Shown: piece after piece, positions 15,001 to 27,087 of the stretch
How the letters are laid out: each line of letters opens with the position of its first letter
Position numbering within the stretch: the stretch's first letter is position 1
Origin: Macrostomum hystrix
Lineage: Eukaryota; Animalia; Platyhelminthes
Length of the DNA stretch: 64,000 nucleotides
NCBI GenBank assembly: GCA_950097015.1
Contig: CATNEN010000038.1
Span: forward strand, 32,922,001-32,986,000
Direction of reading: 5' to 3'
Position numbers and translations under genes: made by a program
Notes under the pieces: model-generated
What the model was told of the DNA's origin: nothing
Seen by the model: only the letters and a program-made list of their open reading frames with translations
Databases searched by the model: none

Positions 15001-18000
15001 TCAGTAACTAGCGATTTTCAGTAACTAGCGAGTTTTAGTAACCAGCGATTTTCTAAACTAGCGATTTTCAGTAACTAGCGATTTTCTAAACTAGCGACAT
15101 TCAGTAACTAGCGATTTTCTAAACTAGCGACATTCAGTAACTAGCGATTTTCAGTAACTAGCGATTTTCAGTAACTAGCGATTTTTAGTAACTAGCGATT
15201 TTCTAAACTAGCGACATTCAGTAAATTGCGATTTTCAGTAACTAGCGATTTTCTAAACTAGCGACATTCAGTAAATTGCGATTTTCAGTAACTAGCGATT
15301 TTCTAAACTGGCGACATTCAGTAAATAGCGATTTTCAGTAACTAGCGATTTTCAGTAACTAGCGATTTTCAGTAACTAGCGATTTTCAGTAACTAGCGAT
15401 TTTCTAAACTGGCGACATTCAGTAAATAGCGATTTTCAGTAACTAGCGATTTTCAGTAACTAGCGATTTTCAGTAACTAGCGATTTTCAGTAACTAGCGA
15501 TTTTCAGTAACTAGCGATTTTCAGTAACTAGCGATTTTCAGTAACTAGCGATTTTCTAAACTAGCGACATTCAGTAAATAGCGATTTTCAGTAACAATCG
15601 ATTTTCAGTAACTAGCGATTTTCTAAACTAGCGATTTTCTAAACTATCGATTTTCTAAACTAGCGATTTTCTAAACTAGAGATTTTCTCAACTAGCGACA
15701 TTCAGTAACTAGCGATTTTCAGTAACTAGCGAGTTTTAGTAACCAGCGATTTTCTAAACTAGCGATTTTCAGTAACTAGCGATTTTCTAAACTAGCGACA
15801 TTCAGTAACTAGCGATTTTCTAAACTAGCGACATTCAGTAACTAGCGATTTTCAGTAACTAGCGATTTTCAGTAACTAGCGATTTTTAGTAACTAGCGAT
15901 TTTCTAAACTAGCGACATTCAGTAAATAGCGATTTTCAGTAACTAGCGATTTTCTAAACTGGCGACATTCAGTAAATAGCGATTTTCAGTAACTAGCGAT
16001 TTTCAGTAACTAGCGATTTTCAGTAACTAGCGATTTTCAGTAACTAGCGATTTTCTAAACTGGCGACATTCAGTAAATAGCGATTTTCAGTAACTAGCGA
16101 TTTTCAGTAACTAGCGATTTTCAGTAACTAGCGATTTTCAGTAACTAGCGATTTTCAGTAACTAGCGATTTTCAGTAACTAGCGATTTTCAGTAACTAGC
16201 GATTTTCTAAACTAGCGACATTCAGTAAATAGCGATTTTCAGTAACAATCGATTTTCAGTAACTAGCGATTTTCTAAACTAGCGATTTTCTAAACTATCG
16301 ATTTTCTAAAGTAGCGATTTTCTAAACTAGAGATTTTCTCAACTAGCGACATTCAGTAACTAGCGATTTTCAGTAACTAGCGAGTTTTAGTAACCAGCGA
16401 TTTTCTAAACTAGCGATTTTCAGTAACTAGCGATTTTCTAAACTAGCGACATTCAGTAAATAGCGATTTTCAGTAACTAGCGATTTTCAGTAACTAGCGA
16501 TTTTCAGTAACTAGCGATTTTCAGTAACTAGCGATTTTCAGTAACTAGCGATTTTCAGTAACTAGCGATTTTCAGTAACTAGCGATTTTCTAAACTAGCG
16601 ACATTCAGTAAATAGCGATTTTCAGTAACAATCGATTTTCAGTAACTAGCGATTTTCTAAACTAGCGATTTTCTAAACTATCGATTTTCTAAAGTAGCGA
16701 TTTTCTAAACTAGAGATTTTCTCAACTAGCGACATTCAGTAACTAGCGATTTTCAGTAACTAGCGAGTTTTAGTAACCAGCGATTTTCTAAACTAGCGAT
16801 TTTCAGTAACTAGCGATTTTCTAAACTAGCGACATTCAGTAAATAGCGATTTTCAGTAACTAGCGATTTTCAGTAACTAGCGATTTTCAGTAACTAGCGA
16901 TTTTCAGTAACTAGCGATTTTCAGTAACTAGCGATTTTCAGTAACTAGCGATTTTCAGTAACTAGCGATTTTCTAAACTAGCGACATTCAGTAAATAGCG
17001 ATTTTCAGTAACAATCGATTTTCAGTAACTAGCGATTTTCTAAACTAGCGATTTTCTAAACTATCGATTTTCTAAACTAGCGATTTTCTAAACTAGAGAT
17101 TTTCTCAACTAGCGACATTCAGTAACTAGCGATTTTCAGTAACTAGCGAGTTTTAGTAACCAGCGATTTTCTAAACTAGCGATTTTCAGTAACTAGCGAT
17201 TTTCTAAACTAGCGACATTCAGTAACTAGCGATTTTCTAAACTAGCGACATTCAGTAACTAGCGATTTTCAGTAACTAGCGATTTTCAGTAACTAGCGAT
17301 TCTTAGTAACTAGCGATTTTCAGTAACTAGCGATTTTCTAAACTAGCGACATTCAGTAACTAGCGATTTTCAGTAACTAGCGATTTTCAGTAACTAGCGA
17401 TTTTTAGAAACTAGCGATTTTCTAAACTAGCGACATTCAGTAAATAGCGATTTTCAGTAACTAGCGATTTTCAGTAACTAGCGATTTTCAGTAACTAGCG
17501 ATTTTCAGTAACTAGCGATTTTCTAAACTAGCGATTTTCAGTAACTAGCGATTTTCAGTACCTAGCGATTTTCAGTAACTAGCGATTTATAGTAACTAGC
17601 GATTTTCCGTAACTATCGATATTCAGTAACTAGCGATTTTCAGTAACTAGCGATTTTTAGTAACTAGCGATTTTCAGTAACTAGCGATTTTCAGTAACAA
17701 TCGATTTTCCGTAACTATCGATATTCAGTAACTAGCGATTTTCAGTAACAAGCGATTTTCAGTAACTAGCGATTTTCAGTAACTAGCGATTTTCAGTAAC
17801 TAGCGATTTTCAGTAACTAGCGATTTATAGTAACTAGCGATTTTCAGTAACTAGCGATTTTCAGTAACTAGCGATTTTCAGTAACTAGCGATTTTCTAAA
17901 CTAGCGACATTCAGTAAATAGCGATTTTCAGTAACTAGCGATTTTCAGTAACAATCGATTTTCAGTAACTAGCGATTTTCTAAACTAGCGACATTCAGTA

Positions 18001-21000
18001 ACTAGCGATTTTCAGTAACTATCGATATTCAGTAACTAGCGATTTTCTAAACTAGCGATTTTCTAAACTAGCGATTTTCTAAACTAGCGACATTCAGTAA
18101 CTAGCGATTTTCAGTAACTAGCGATTTTCAGTAACTAGCGATTTTTAGTAACTAGCGATTTTCAGTAACTAGCGATTTTCAGTAACTAGCGATTTTCAGT
18201 AACTAGCGATTTTTAGTAACTAGCAATTTTCTAAACTAGCGATTTTCTAAACTAGCGACATTCAGTAACTAGCGATTTTCAGTAACTAGCGATTTTCAGT
18301 AACTAGCGATTTTTAGTAACTAGCGATTTTCAGTAACTAGCGATTTTCAGTAACTAGCGATTTTCAGTAACTAGCGATTTTTAGTAACTAGCGATTTTCA
18401 GTAACTAGCGATTTTCAGTAACAATCGATTTTCCGTAACTATCGATATTCAGTAACTAGCGATTTATAGCAACTAGCGATTTTCAGTAACTAGCGATTTT
18501 CAGTAACTAGCGATTTTCTAAACTAGCGATTTTCTAAACTAGCGACATTCAGTAACTAGCGATTTTCAGTAACTAGCGATTTTCAGTAACTAGCGATTTT
18601 CAGTAACTAGCGATTTTCAGTAACTAGCGATTTTCAGTAACTAGCGATTTTCAGTAACTAGCGATTTTCAGTAACTAGCGATTTTCAGTAACTAGCGACA
18701 TTCAGTAAATAGCGATTTTCAGTAACTAGCGATTTTCAGTAACTAGCGATTTTCAGTAACTGGCGATTTTCAGTAACTAGCGATTTTCTAAACTAGCGAC
18801 ATTCAGTAAATAGCGATTTTCAGTAACTAGCGATTTTCTAAACTAGCGACATTCAGTAAATAGCGATTTTCAGTAACTAGCGATTTTCAGTAACTAGCGA
18901 TTTTCAGCAACTAGCGATTTTCAGTAACTAGCGATTTTCTAAACTAGCGATTTTCAGTAACTAGCGAGTTTTAGTAACCAGCGATTTTCTAAACTAGCGA
19001 TTTTTAGTAACTAGCGATTTTCTAAACTAGCGACATTCAGTAACTAGCGATTTTCAGTAACTAGCGATTTTCAGTAACTAGCGACATTCAGTAAATAGCG
19101 ATTTTCTAAACTAGAGATTTTCTTAACTAGCGATTTTCTAAACTAGCGATTTTCTCAACTAGCGACATTCAGTAACTAGCGATTTTCAGTAACAATCGAT
19201 TTTCCGTAACTATCGATATTCAGTAACTAGCGATTTTCAGTAACTAGCGATTTTCAGTAACTAGCGATTTTCAGTAACTAGCGATTTTCAGTAACTAGCG
19301 ATTTATAGCAACTAGCGATTTTCAGTAACTAGCGATTTTCAGTAACTAGCGATTTTCAGTAACTAGCGATTTTCAGTAACTAGCGATTTTCAGTAACTAG
19401 CGATTTTCAGTAACTAGCGATTTTCTAAACTAGAGATTTTCTTAACTAGCGATTTTCTAAACTAGCGATTTTCTCAACTAGCGACATTCAGTAACTAGCG
19501 ATTTTCAGTAACTAGCGAGTTTTAGTAACCAGCGATTTTCTAAACTAGCGATTTTTAGTAACTAGCGATTTTCTAAACTAGCGACATTCAGTAACTAGCG
19601 ATTTTCAGTAACTAGCGATTTTCAGTAACTAGCGACATTCAGTAAATAGCGATTTTCAGTAACTAGCGATTTTCAGTAACTAGCGATTTTCAGTAACTAG
19701 CGATTTTCTAAACTAGCGACATTCAGTAACTAGCGATTTTCAGTAACTAGCGATTTTCAGTAACTAGCGACATTCAGTAAATAGCGATTTTCAGTAACTA
19801 GCGATTTTCAGTAACTAGCGATTTTCAGTAACTAGCGATTTTCAGTAACTAGCGATTTTCTAAACTAGCGACATTCAGTAAATAGCGATTTTCAGTAACT
19901 AGCGATTTTCAGTAACTAGCGATTTTTAGTAACTAGCGATTTTCAGTAACTAGCGATTTTCAGTAACTAGCGATTTTCAGTAACTAGCGATTTTTCTAAA
20001 CTAGCGACATTCAGTAACTAGCGATTTTCAGTAAGTAGCGATTTTCAGTAACTAGCGATTTTCAGTAACTAGCGATTTTCAGTAACTAGCGATTTTCAGT
20101 AACTAGCGATTTTCTAAACTAGCGATTTTCTAAACTAGCGACATTCAGTAAATAGCGATTTTCAGTAACTAGCGATTTTCAGTAACAATCGATTTTCAGT
20201 AACTAGCGATTTTTAGTAACTAGCGATTTTCAGTAACTAGCGATTTTCAGTAACTAGCGATTTTCAGTAACTAGCGATTTTCAGTAACTAGCGATTTTCA
20301 GTAACAATCGATTTTCCGTAACTATCGATATTCAGTAACTAGCGATTTTCAGTAACTAGCGATTTTCAGTAACTAGCGATTTTCAGTAACTAGCGATTTT
20401 CAGTAACTAGCGATTTATAGCAACTAGCGATTTTCAGTAACTAGCGATTTTCAGTAACTAGCGATTTTCTAAACTAGCGATTTTCTAAACTAGCGACATT
20501 CAGTAACTAGCGATTTTCAGTAACTAGCGATTTTCAGTAACTAGCGATTTTCAGTAACTAGCGATTTTCAGTAACTAGCGATTTTCAGTAACTAGCGATT
20601 TTCAGTAACTAGCGATTTTCAGTAACTAGCGATTTTCAGTAACTAGCGATTTTCAGTAACTAGCGATTTTCAGTAACTAGCGATTTTCAGTAACTAGCGA
20701 TTTTCTAAACTAGAGATTTTCATAACTAGCGATTTTCTAAACTAGCGATTTTCTCAACTAGCGACATTCAGTAACTAGCGATTTTCAGTAACTAGCGAGT
20801 TTTAGTAACCAGCGATTTTCTAAACTAGCGATTTTTAGTAACTAGCGATTTTCTAAACTAGCGACATTCAGTAACTAGCGATTTTCAGTAACTAGCGATT
20901 TTCAGTAACTAGCGACATTCAGTAAATAGCGATTTTCAGTAACTAGCGATTTTCAGTAACTAGCGATTTTCAGTAACTAGCGATTTTCAGTAACTAGCGA

Positions 21001-24000
21001 TTTTCTAAACTAGCGACATTCAGTAAATAGCGATTTTCAGAAACTAGCGATTTTCTAAACTAGCGACATTCAGTAAATAGCGATTTTCAGTAACTAGCGA
21101 TTTTCAGTAACTAGCGATTTTCAGTAACTAGCGATTTTCAGTAACTAGCGATTTTCTAAACTAGCGATTTTCAGTAACTAGCGATTTTCAGTAACTAGCG
21201 ATTTTCAGTAACTAGCGATTTTCTAAACTAGCGACATTCAGTAAATAGCGATTTTCAGAAACTAGCGATTTTCAGTAACTAGCGATTTTCTAAACTAGCG
21301 ATTTTCTAAACTATCGATTTTCTAAACTAGCGATTTTCTAAACTAGAGATTTTCTCAACTAGCGACATTCAGTAACTAGCGATTTTCAGTAACTAGCGAG
21401 TTTTAGTAACCAGCGATTTTCAGTAACTAGCGATTTTCTAAACTAGCGATTTTCAGTAACTAGCGATTTTCAGTAACTAGCGATTTTCAGTAACTAGCGA
21501 TTTTCTAAACTAGCGACATTCAGTAAATAGCGATTTTCAGTAACTAGCGATTTTCAGTAACTAGCGATTTTCTAAACTAGCGATTTTCTAAACTAGCGAT
21601 TTTCTAAACTATCGATTTTCTAAACTAGCGATTTTCTAAACTAGAGATTTTCTCAACTAGCGACATTCAGTAACTAGCGATTTTCAGTAACTAGCGAGTT
21701 TTAGTAACCAGCGATTTTCTAAACTAGCGATTTTCAGTAACAATCGATTTTCAGTAACTAGCGATTTTCTAAACTAGCGATTTTCTAAACTAGCGACATT
21801 CAGTAACTAGCGATTTTCAGTAACTAGCGATTTTCAGTAACTAGCGATTTTCAGTAACTAGCGATTTTCTAAACTAGCGACATTCAGTAAATAGCGATTT
21901 TCAGTAACTAGCGATTTTCTAAACTGGCGACATTCAGTAAATAGCGATTTTCAGTAACTAGCGATTTTCAGTAACTAGCGATTTTCAGTAACTAGCGATT
22001 TTCAGTAACTAGCGATTTTCAGTAACTAGCGATTTTCTAAACTAGCGACATTCAGTAATTAGCGATTTTCAGTAACTAGCGATTTTCAGTAACTAGCGAT
22101 TTTCAGTAACTAGCGATTTTCAGTAACTAGCGATTTTCAGTAACTAGCGATTTTCAGTAACTAGCGATTTTCAGTAACTAGCGATTTTCTAAACTAGCGA
22201 CATTCAGTAAATAGCGATTTTCAGTAACAATCGATTTTCAGTAACTAGCGATTTTCTAAACTAGCGATTTTCTAAACTATCGATTTTCTAAACTAGCGAT
22301 TTTCTAAACTAGAGATTTTCTCAACTAGCGACATTCAGTAACTAGCGATTTTCAGTAACTAGCGAGTTTTAGTAACCAGCGATTTTCTAAACTAGCGATT
22401 TTCAGTAACTAGCGATTTTCTAAACTAGCGACATTCAGTAACTAGCGATTTTCTAAACTAGCGACATTCAGTAACTAGCGATTTTCAGTAACTAGCGATT
22501 TTCAGTAACTAGCGATTTTTAGTAACTAGCGATTTTCTAAACTAGCGACATTCAGTAAATAGCGATTTTCAGTAACTAGCGATTTTCTAAACTGGCGACA
22601 TTCAGTAAATAGCGATTTTCAGTAACTAGCGATTTTCAGTAACTAGCGATTTTCAGTAACTAGCGATTTTCAGTAACTAGCGATTTTCTAAACTGGCGAC
22701 ATTCAGTAAATAGCGATTTTCAGTAACTAGCGATTTTCAGTAACTAGCGATTTTCAGTAACTAGCGATTTTCAGTAACTAGCGATTTTCAGTAACTAGCG
22801 ATTTTCAGTAACTAGCGATTTTCAGTAACTAGCGATTTTCTAAACTAGCGACATTCAGTAAATAGCGATTTTCAGTAACAATCGATTTTCAGTAACTAGC
22901 GATTTTCTAAACTAGCGATTTTCTAAACTATCGATTTTCTAAACTAGCGATTTTCTAAACTAGAGATTTTCTCAACTAGCGACATTCAGTAACTAGCGAT
23001 TTTCAGTAACTAGCGAGTTTTAGTAACCAGCGATTTTCTAAACTAGCGATTTTCAGTAACTAGCGATTTTCTAAACTAGCGACATTCAGTAAATAGCGAT
23101 TTTCAGTAACTAGCGATTTTCAGTAACTAGCGATTTTCAGTAACTAGCGATTTTCAGTAACTAGCGATTTTCAGTAACTAGCGATTTTCAGTAACTAGCG
23201 ATTTTCAGTAACTAGCGATTTTCTAAACTAGCGACATTCAGTAAATAGCGATTTTCAGTAACAATCGATTTTCAGTAACTAGCGATTTTCTAAACTAGCA
23301 AATTTTCTAAACTATCGATTTTCTAAACTAGCGATTTTCTAAACTAGAGATTTTCTCAACTAGCGACATTCAGTAACTAGCGATTTTCAGTAACTAGCGA
23401 GTTTTAGTAACCAGCGATTTTCTAAACTAGCGATTTTCAGTAACTAGCGATTTTCTAAACTAGCGACATTCAGTAACTAGCGATTTTCTAAACTAGCGAC
23501 ATTCAGTAACTAGCGATTTTCAGTAACTAGCGATTTTCAGTAACTAGCGATTTTTAGTAACTAGCGATTTTCTAAACTAGCGACATTCAGTAAATAGCGA
23601 TTTTCAGTAACTAGCGATTTTCTAAACTGGCGACATTCAGTAAATAGCGATTTTCAGTAACTAGCGATTTTCAGTAACTAGCGATTTTCAGTAACTAGCG
23701 ATTTTCAGTAACTAGCGATTTTCTAAACTGGCGACATTCAGTAAATAGCGATTTTCAGTAACTAGCGATTTTCAGTAACTAGCGATTTTCAGTAACTAGC
23801 GATTTTCAGTAACTAGCGATTTTCAGTAACTAGCGATTTTCAGTAACTAGCGATTTTCAGTAACTAGCGATTTTCTAAACTAGCGACATTCAGTAAATAG
23901 CGATTTTCAGTAACAATCGATTTTCAGTAACTAGCGATTTTCTAAACTAGCGATTTTCTAAACTATCGATTTTCTAAACTAGCGATTTTCTAAACTAGAG

Positions 24001-25000
24001 ATTTTCTCAACTAGCGACATTCAGTAACTAGCGATTTTCAGTAACTAGCGAGTTTTAGTAACCAGCGATTTTCTAAACTAGCGATTTTCAGTAACTAGCG
24101 ATTTTCTAAACTAGCGACATTCAGTAAATAGCGATTTTCAGTAACTAGCGATTTTCAGTAACTAGCGATTTTCAGTAACTAGCGATTTTCAGTAACTAGC
24201 GATTTTCAGTAACTAGCGATTTTCAGTAACTAGCGATTTTCAGTAACTAGCGATTTTCTAAACTAGCGACATTCAGTAAATAGCGATTTTCAGTAACAAT
24301 CGATTTTCAGTAACTAGCGATTTTCTAAACTAGCGATTTTCTAAACTATCGATTTTCTAAACTAGCGATTTTCTAAACTAGAGATTTTCTCAACTAGCGA
24401 GTTTTAGTAACTAGCGATTTTCAGTAACTAGCGAGTTTTAGTAACCAGCGATTTTCTAAACTAGCGATTTTCAGTAACTAGCGATTTTCTAAACTAGCGA
24501 CATTCAGTAACTAGCGATTTTCTAAACTAGCGACATTCAGTAACTAGCGATTTTCAGTAACTAGCGATTTTCAGTAACTAGCGATTTTTAGTAACTAGCG
24601 ATTTTCAGTAACTAGCGATTTTCTAAACTAGCGACATTCAGTAACTAGCGATTTTCAGTAACTAGCGATTTTCAGTAACTAGCGATTTTTAGTAACTAGC
24701 GATTTTCAGTAACTAGCGATTTTCTAAACTAGCGACATTCAGTAATTAGCGATTTTCAGTAACTAGCGATTTTCTAAACTAGCGACATTCAGTAATTAGC
24801 GATTTTCAGTAACTAGCTATTTTCTAAACTAGCGACATTCAGTAATTAGCGATTTTCAGTAACTAGCTATTTTCTAAACTAGCGACATTCAGTAATTAGC
24901 GATTTTCAGTAACTAGCGATTTTCTAAACTAGCGACATTCAGTAATTAGCGATTTTCAGTAACTAGCGATTTTCTAAACTAGCGATTTTTTAAAGTAGCG
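1..25000. repeat. Satellite array, 19-bp unit AACTAGCGATTTTCAGT(A) with an 18-bp variant AACTAGCGATTTTCTA(A); roughly 1,300 copies, left end outside window
   Basis: Continuous tandem repetition to ~24,990, with recurring variants (GACATTCAG, AACAATCG, CTAGAGATTTTCTC, GAGTTTTAGTAACCAG). Decays into degenerate units ~25,000-25,330. No ORFs because TAA/TAG cycle through all frames. Confidence 0.99.
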
Positions 25001-25356
25001 ATTTTTAAAAAAACTGTTTCTTATCGAGCAAGTTTCAAAGTAACGACTTTCCTAATATCAACTTTAACTACCGAAGGTATAAACTAGAAAGGCACGATTT
25101 TCTAAGCAAGTGATACTTTTTATTAGTGTTAATTCAGTTTTAAACAAGTGATTTTTCAAGATACCGACTTGCTAAACTAGTTTTCTAAACTTATTGGTGG
25201 TCGAAAAAAACTAGCTGTCTTCAAAACAGTTGGTATTGGAAACAAGCAGTACTTTAAAATCACAATTTAGGGGCTTCCATTTCAAGTTTTTGAAAAGTTT
25301 TTTGGGACCGACTTTTTAAAGTTTTTATTACCGGAATTAACAATTACTAAATCTAG

Positions 25357-25652
25357 GAGCAACGCCTGCGCGGCCGAGGCACCGAGTCGGAGGACCGGGT
25401 CCAGGCACGCCTAGGGGCAGCCAGAGCCGAGATGGAGTACGGCCTGGCCGCAGGAAATTTCGACATCGTCATCGTCAATGACGACCTCGAGAGAGCGACC
25501 ATCGAACTGGAGGAGTTCCTCTTGGAGGTGCGGAATTAGGAATTAGATTTTTCTGAATTCAGTACAGGTAAAATTTAAAGAATCAAATCTAAAAGACTAT
25601 GTACAACTGGTTTCAGGACATTCACCTGGCTAGAGAGCGCAGGCTGAATTAG
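25357..25652 (+). CDS. GUK1: Guanylate kinase, last two exons (25357-25527, 25617-25652); upstream exons outside window
   Basis: Hand translation EQRLRGRGTESEDRVQARLGAARAEMEYGLAAGNFDIVIVNDDLERATIELEEFLLE / DIHLARERRLN* carries the RLRGRGTE and FDxVIVNDDL motifs. Junctions ctag|GAG, GAG|gtgcgg, tttcag|GAC are all phase 0. Not in the ORF track. Confidence 0.9.
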
Positions 25653-26189
25653 ACACGGAAGTTCGCAGAGATTGAAAATTTCAAGCAACGATCACGGCAA
25701 TGCGAGACCTATGTTCAACGGAGCAGCTCGTGAATGGATATGTTTTAGCATAGACAAATACCCATTCACCTTTGTTTTTCTGCGCACTAATTATCTAGTT
25801 ACCTGGCCTTACTGATTGACTCTTTCTACATTAACGACTATGTGAGACAAAGACACAGGGATAATATTAGCAATGCTTCTCTTTAGCAGTCAAACCTATT
25901 TGAGCTGACTTTAGAAGTGCAAATCATGTTTTGTGTGACCAGAGCACCTTCTTATAAGTAGATTTTTTATTCGTTTGTTTTTTCTTTGAAAAAAATTTCA
26001 CGGCTCACAAAAAACTAAACACACTTGCTTTCTTTTTTCCCGCTTTCACACATTTTTTATTTGTCAAGTGTTTTTTCTAACTGACAATCCGTGGCTTAAT
26101 ACACTTTAAATTACCTTAACCAGTAGCATGTGTTGACTGGGCAGCAATTAGTATACGTTCGTTTAGGAGAAAGAGTTTTAACTAGGGTT

Positions 26190-26780
26190 GGCAGAGAAGA
26201 TGAGTGTACATGTAGTTAGGAGGAAGGGGTGTTATCTGGTTTTGACTGAGAAGGAAGACTGTACATGTAGTTAGGAGGAAGGGGTTGTTATCTGGCGTTG
26301 ACTGAGAAGGAAGAGTGTACATTGAGTTAGGAGGACGGGGCGTTATCTGGGGTTGACTAAGAAGGAAGACTGTACATGTATTTAGGAGGAAGGGGTGTTA
26401 TCTGGGGTTGACTGAGAAGGAAGACTGTACATGTAGTTAGGAGGAAGGGGTGTTATCTGGGGTTGACTGAGAAGGAAGACTGTACATGTAGTTAGGAGGA
26501 AGGGGTGTTATCTGGGGTTGACTGAGAAGGAAGACTGTACAGTAGTTAGGAGGAAGGGGTGTCATCTGGCGTTGACTGAGAAGGAAGAGTGTACATTGAG
26601 TTAGGAGGACGGGGCGTTATCTGGGGTTGACTAAGAAGGAAGAGTGTACGTACGTAGTTAGGAGGATGGGGTGTTATCTGGGGTTGGTTTAGAAGGACGA
26701 GTGAAGATTATGTTAGGAGGAAGGGTGTTAACCTGGGTTGACACTAAAAAAAACAAGTGTACACTGGGCTAGGAGTAAGG
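26190..26780. repeat. G-rich 55-bp minisatellite (GTACATGTAGTTAGGAGGAAGGGGTGTTATCTGGGGTTGACTGAGAAGGAAGACT), ~10 copies
   Basis: TCTGG recurs at 26401 and 26456 (period 55); lies between the convergent GUK1 and TLC-gene 3' ends. Confidence 0.95.
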
Positions 26781-27087
26781 GTTTTAAAGCGTAAATTTTA
26801 CTGACGACTTAATAGAAATTAAAGACAAAAATATAAAAAAAGATTTTTTGCGCAAAAGCTAACCATAGACTAGAGCATTTTCAATTAAAGTGGCTATTAA
26901 GAGTTCAAATTATTTATTTTGTCGCGTATGTGCCTAAATCATACGTACTTTAGTCATACATAAATCAAACAGAAAGCGATATCATGCCTTTTAATAGAAC
27001 TTTAAGATTTTTTGTCGTTTTATATGAAAACGATAATTCGGTTACTATAAGTAGTCGAGAAGCTAAAAACGTATAAAATTAGTCGAA

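Noticed and set aside
1-25000. CRISPR array or coding repeat
   Set aside because: Pure tandem monomers with no unique spacers, eukaryotic context, no cas genes, stops in all frames.
1-25000. Canonical recursive-splicing ratchet points
   Set aside because: These need YAG|GT; the unit has CAG|TAA with the G shared, so acceptor use does not regenerate a GT donor.
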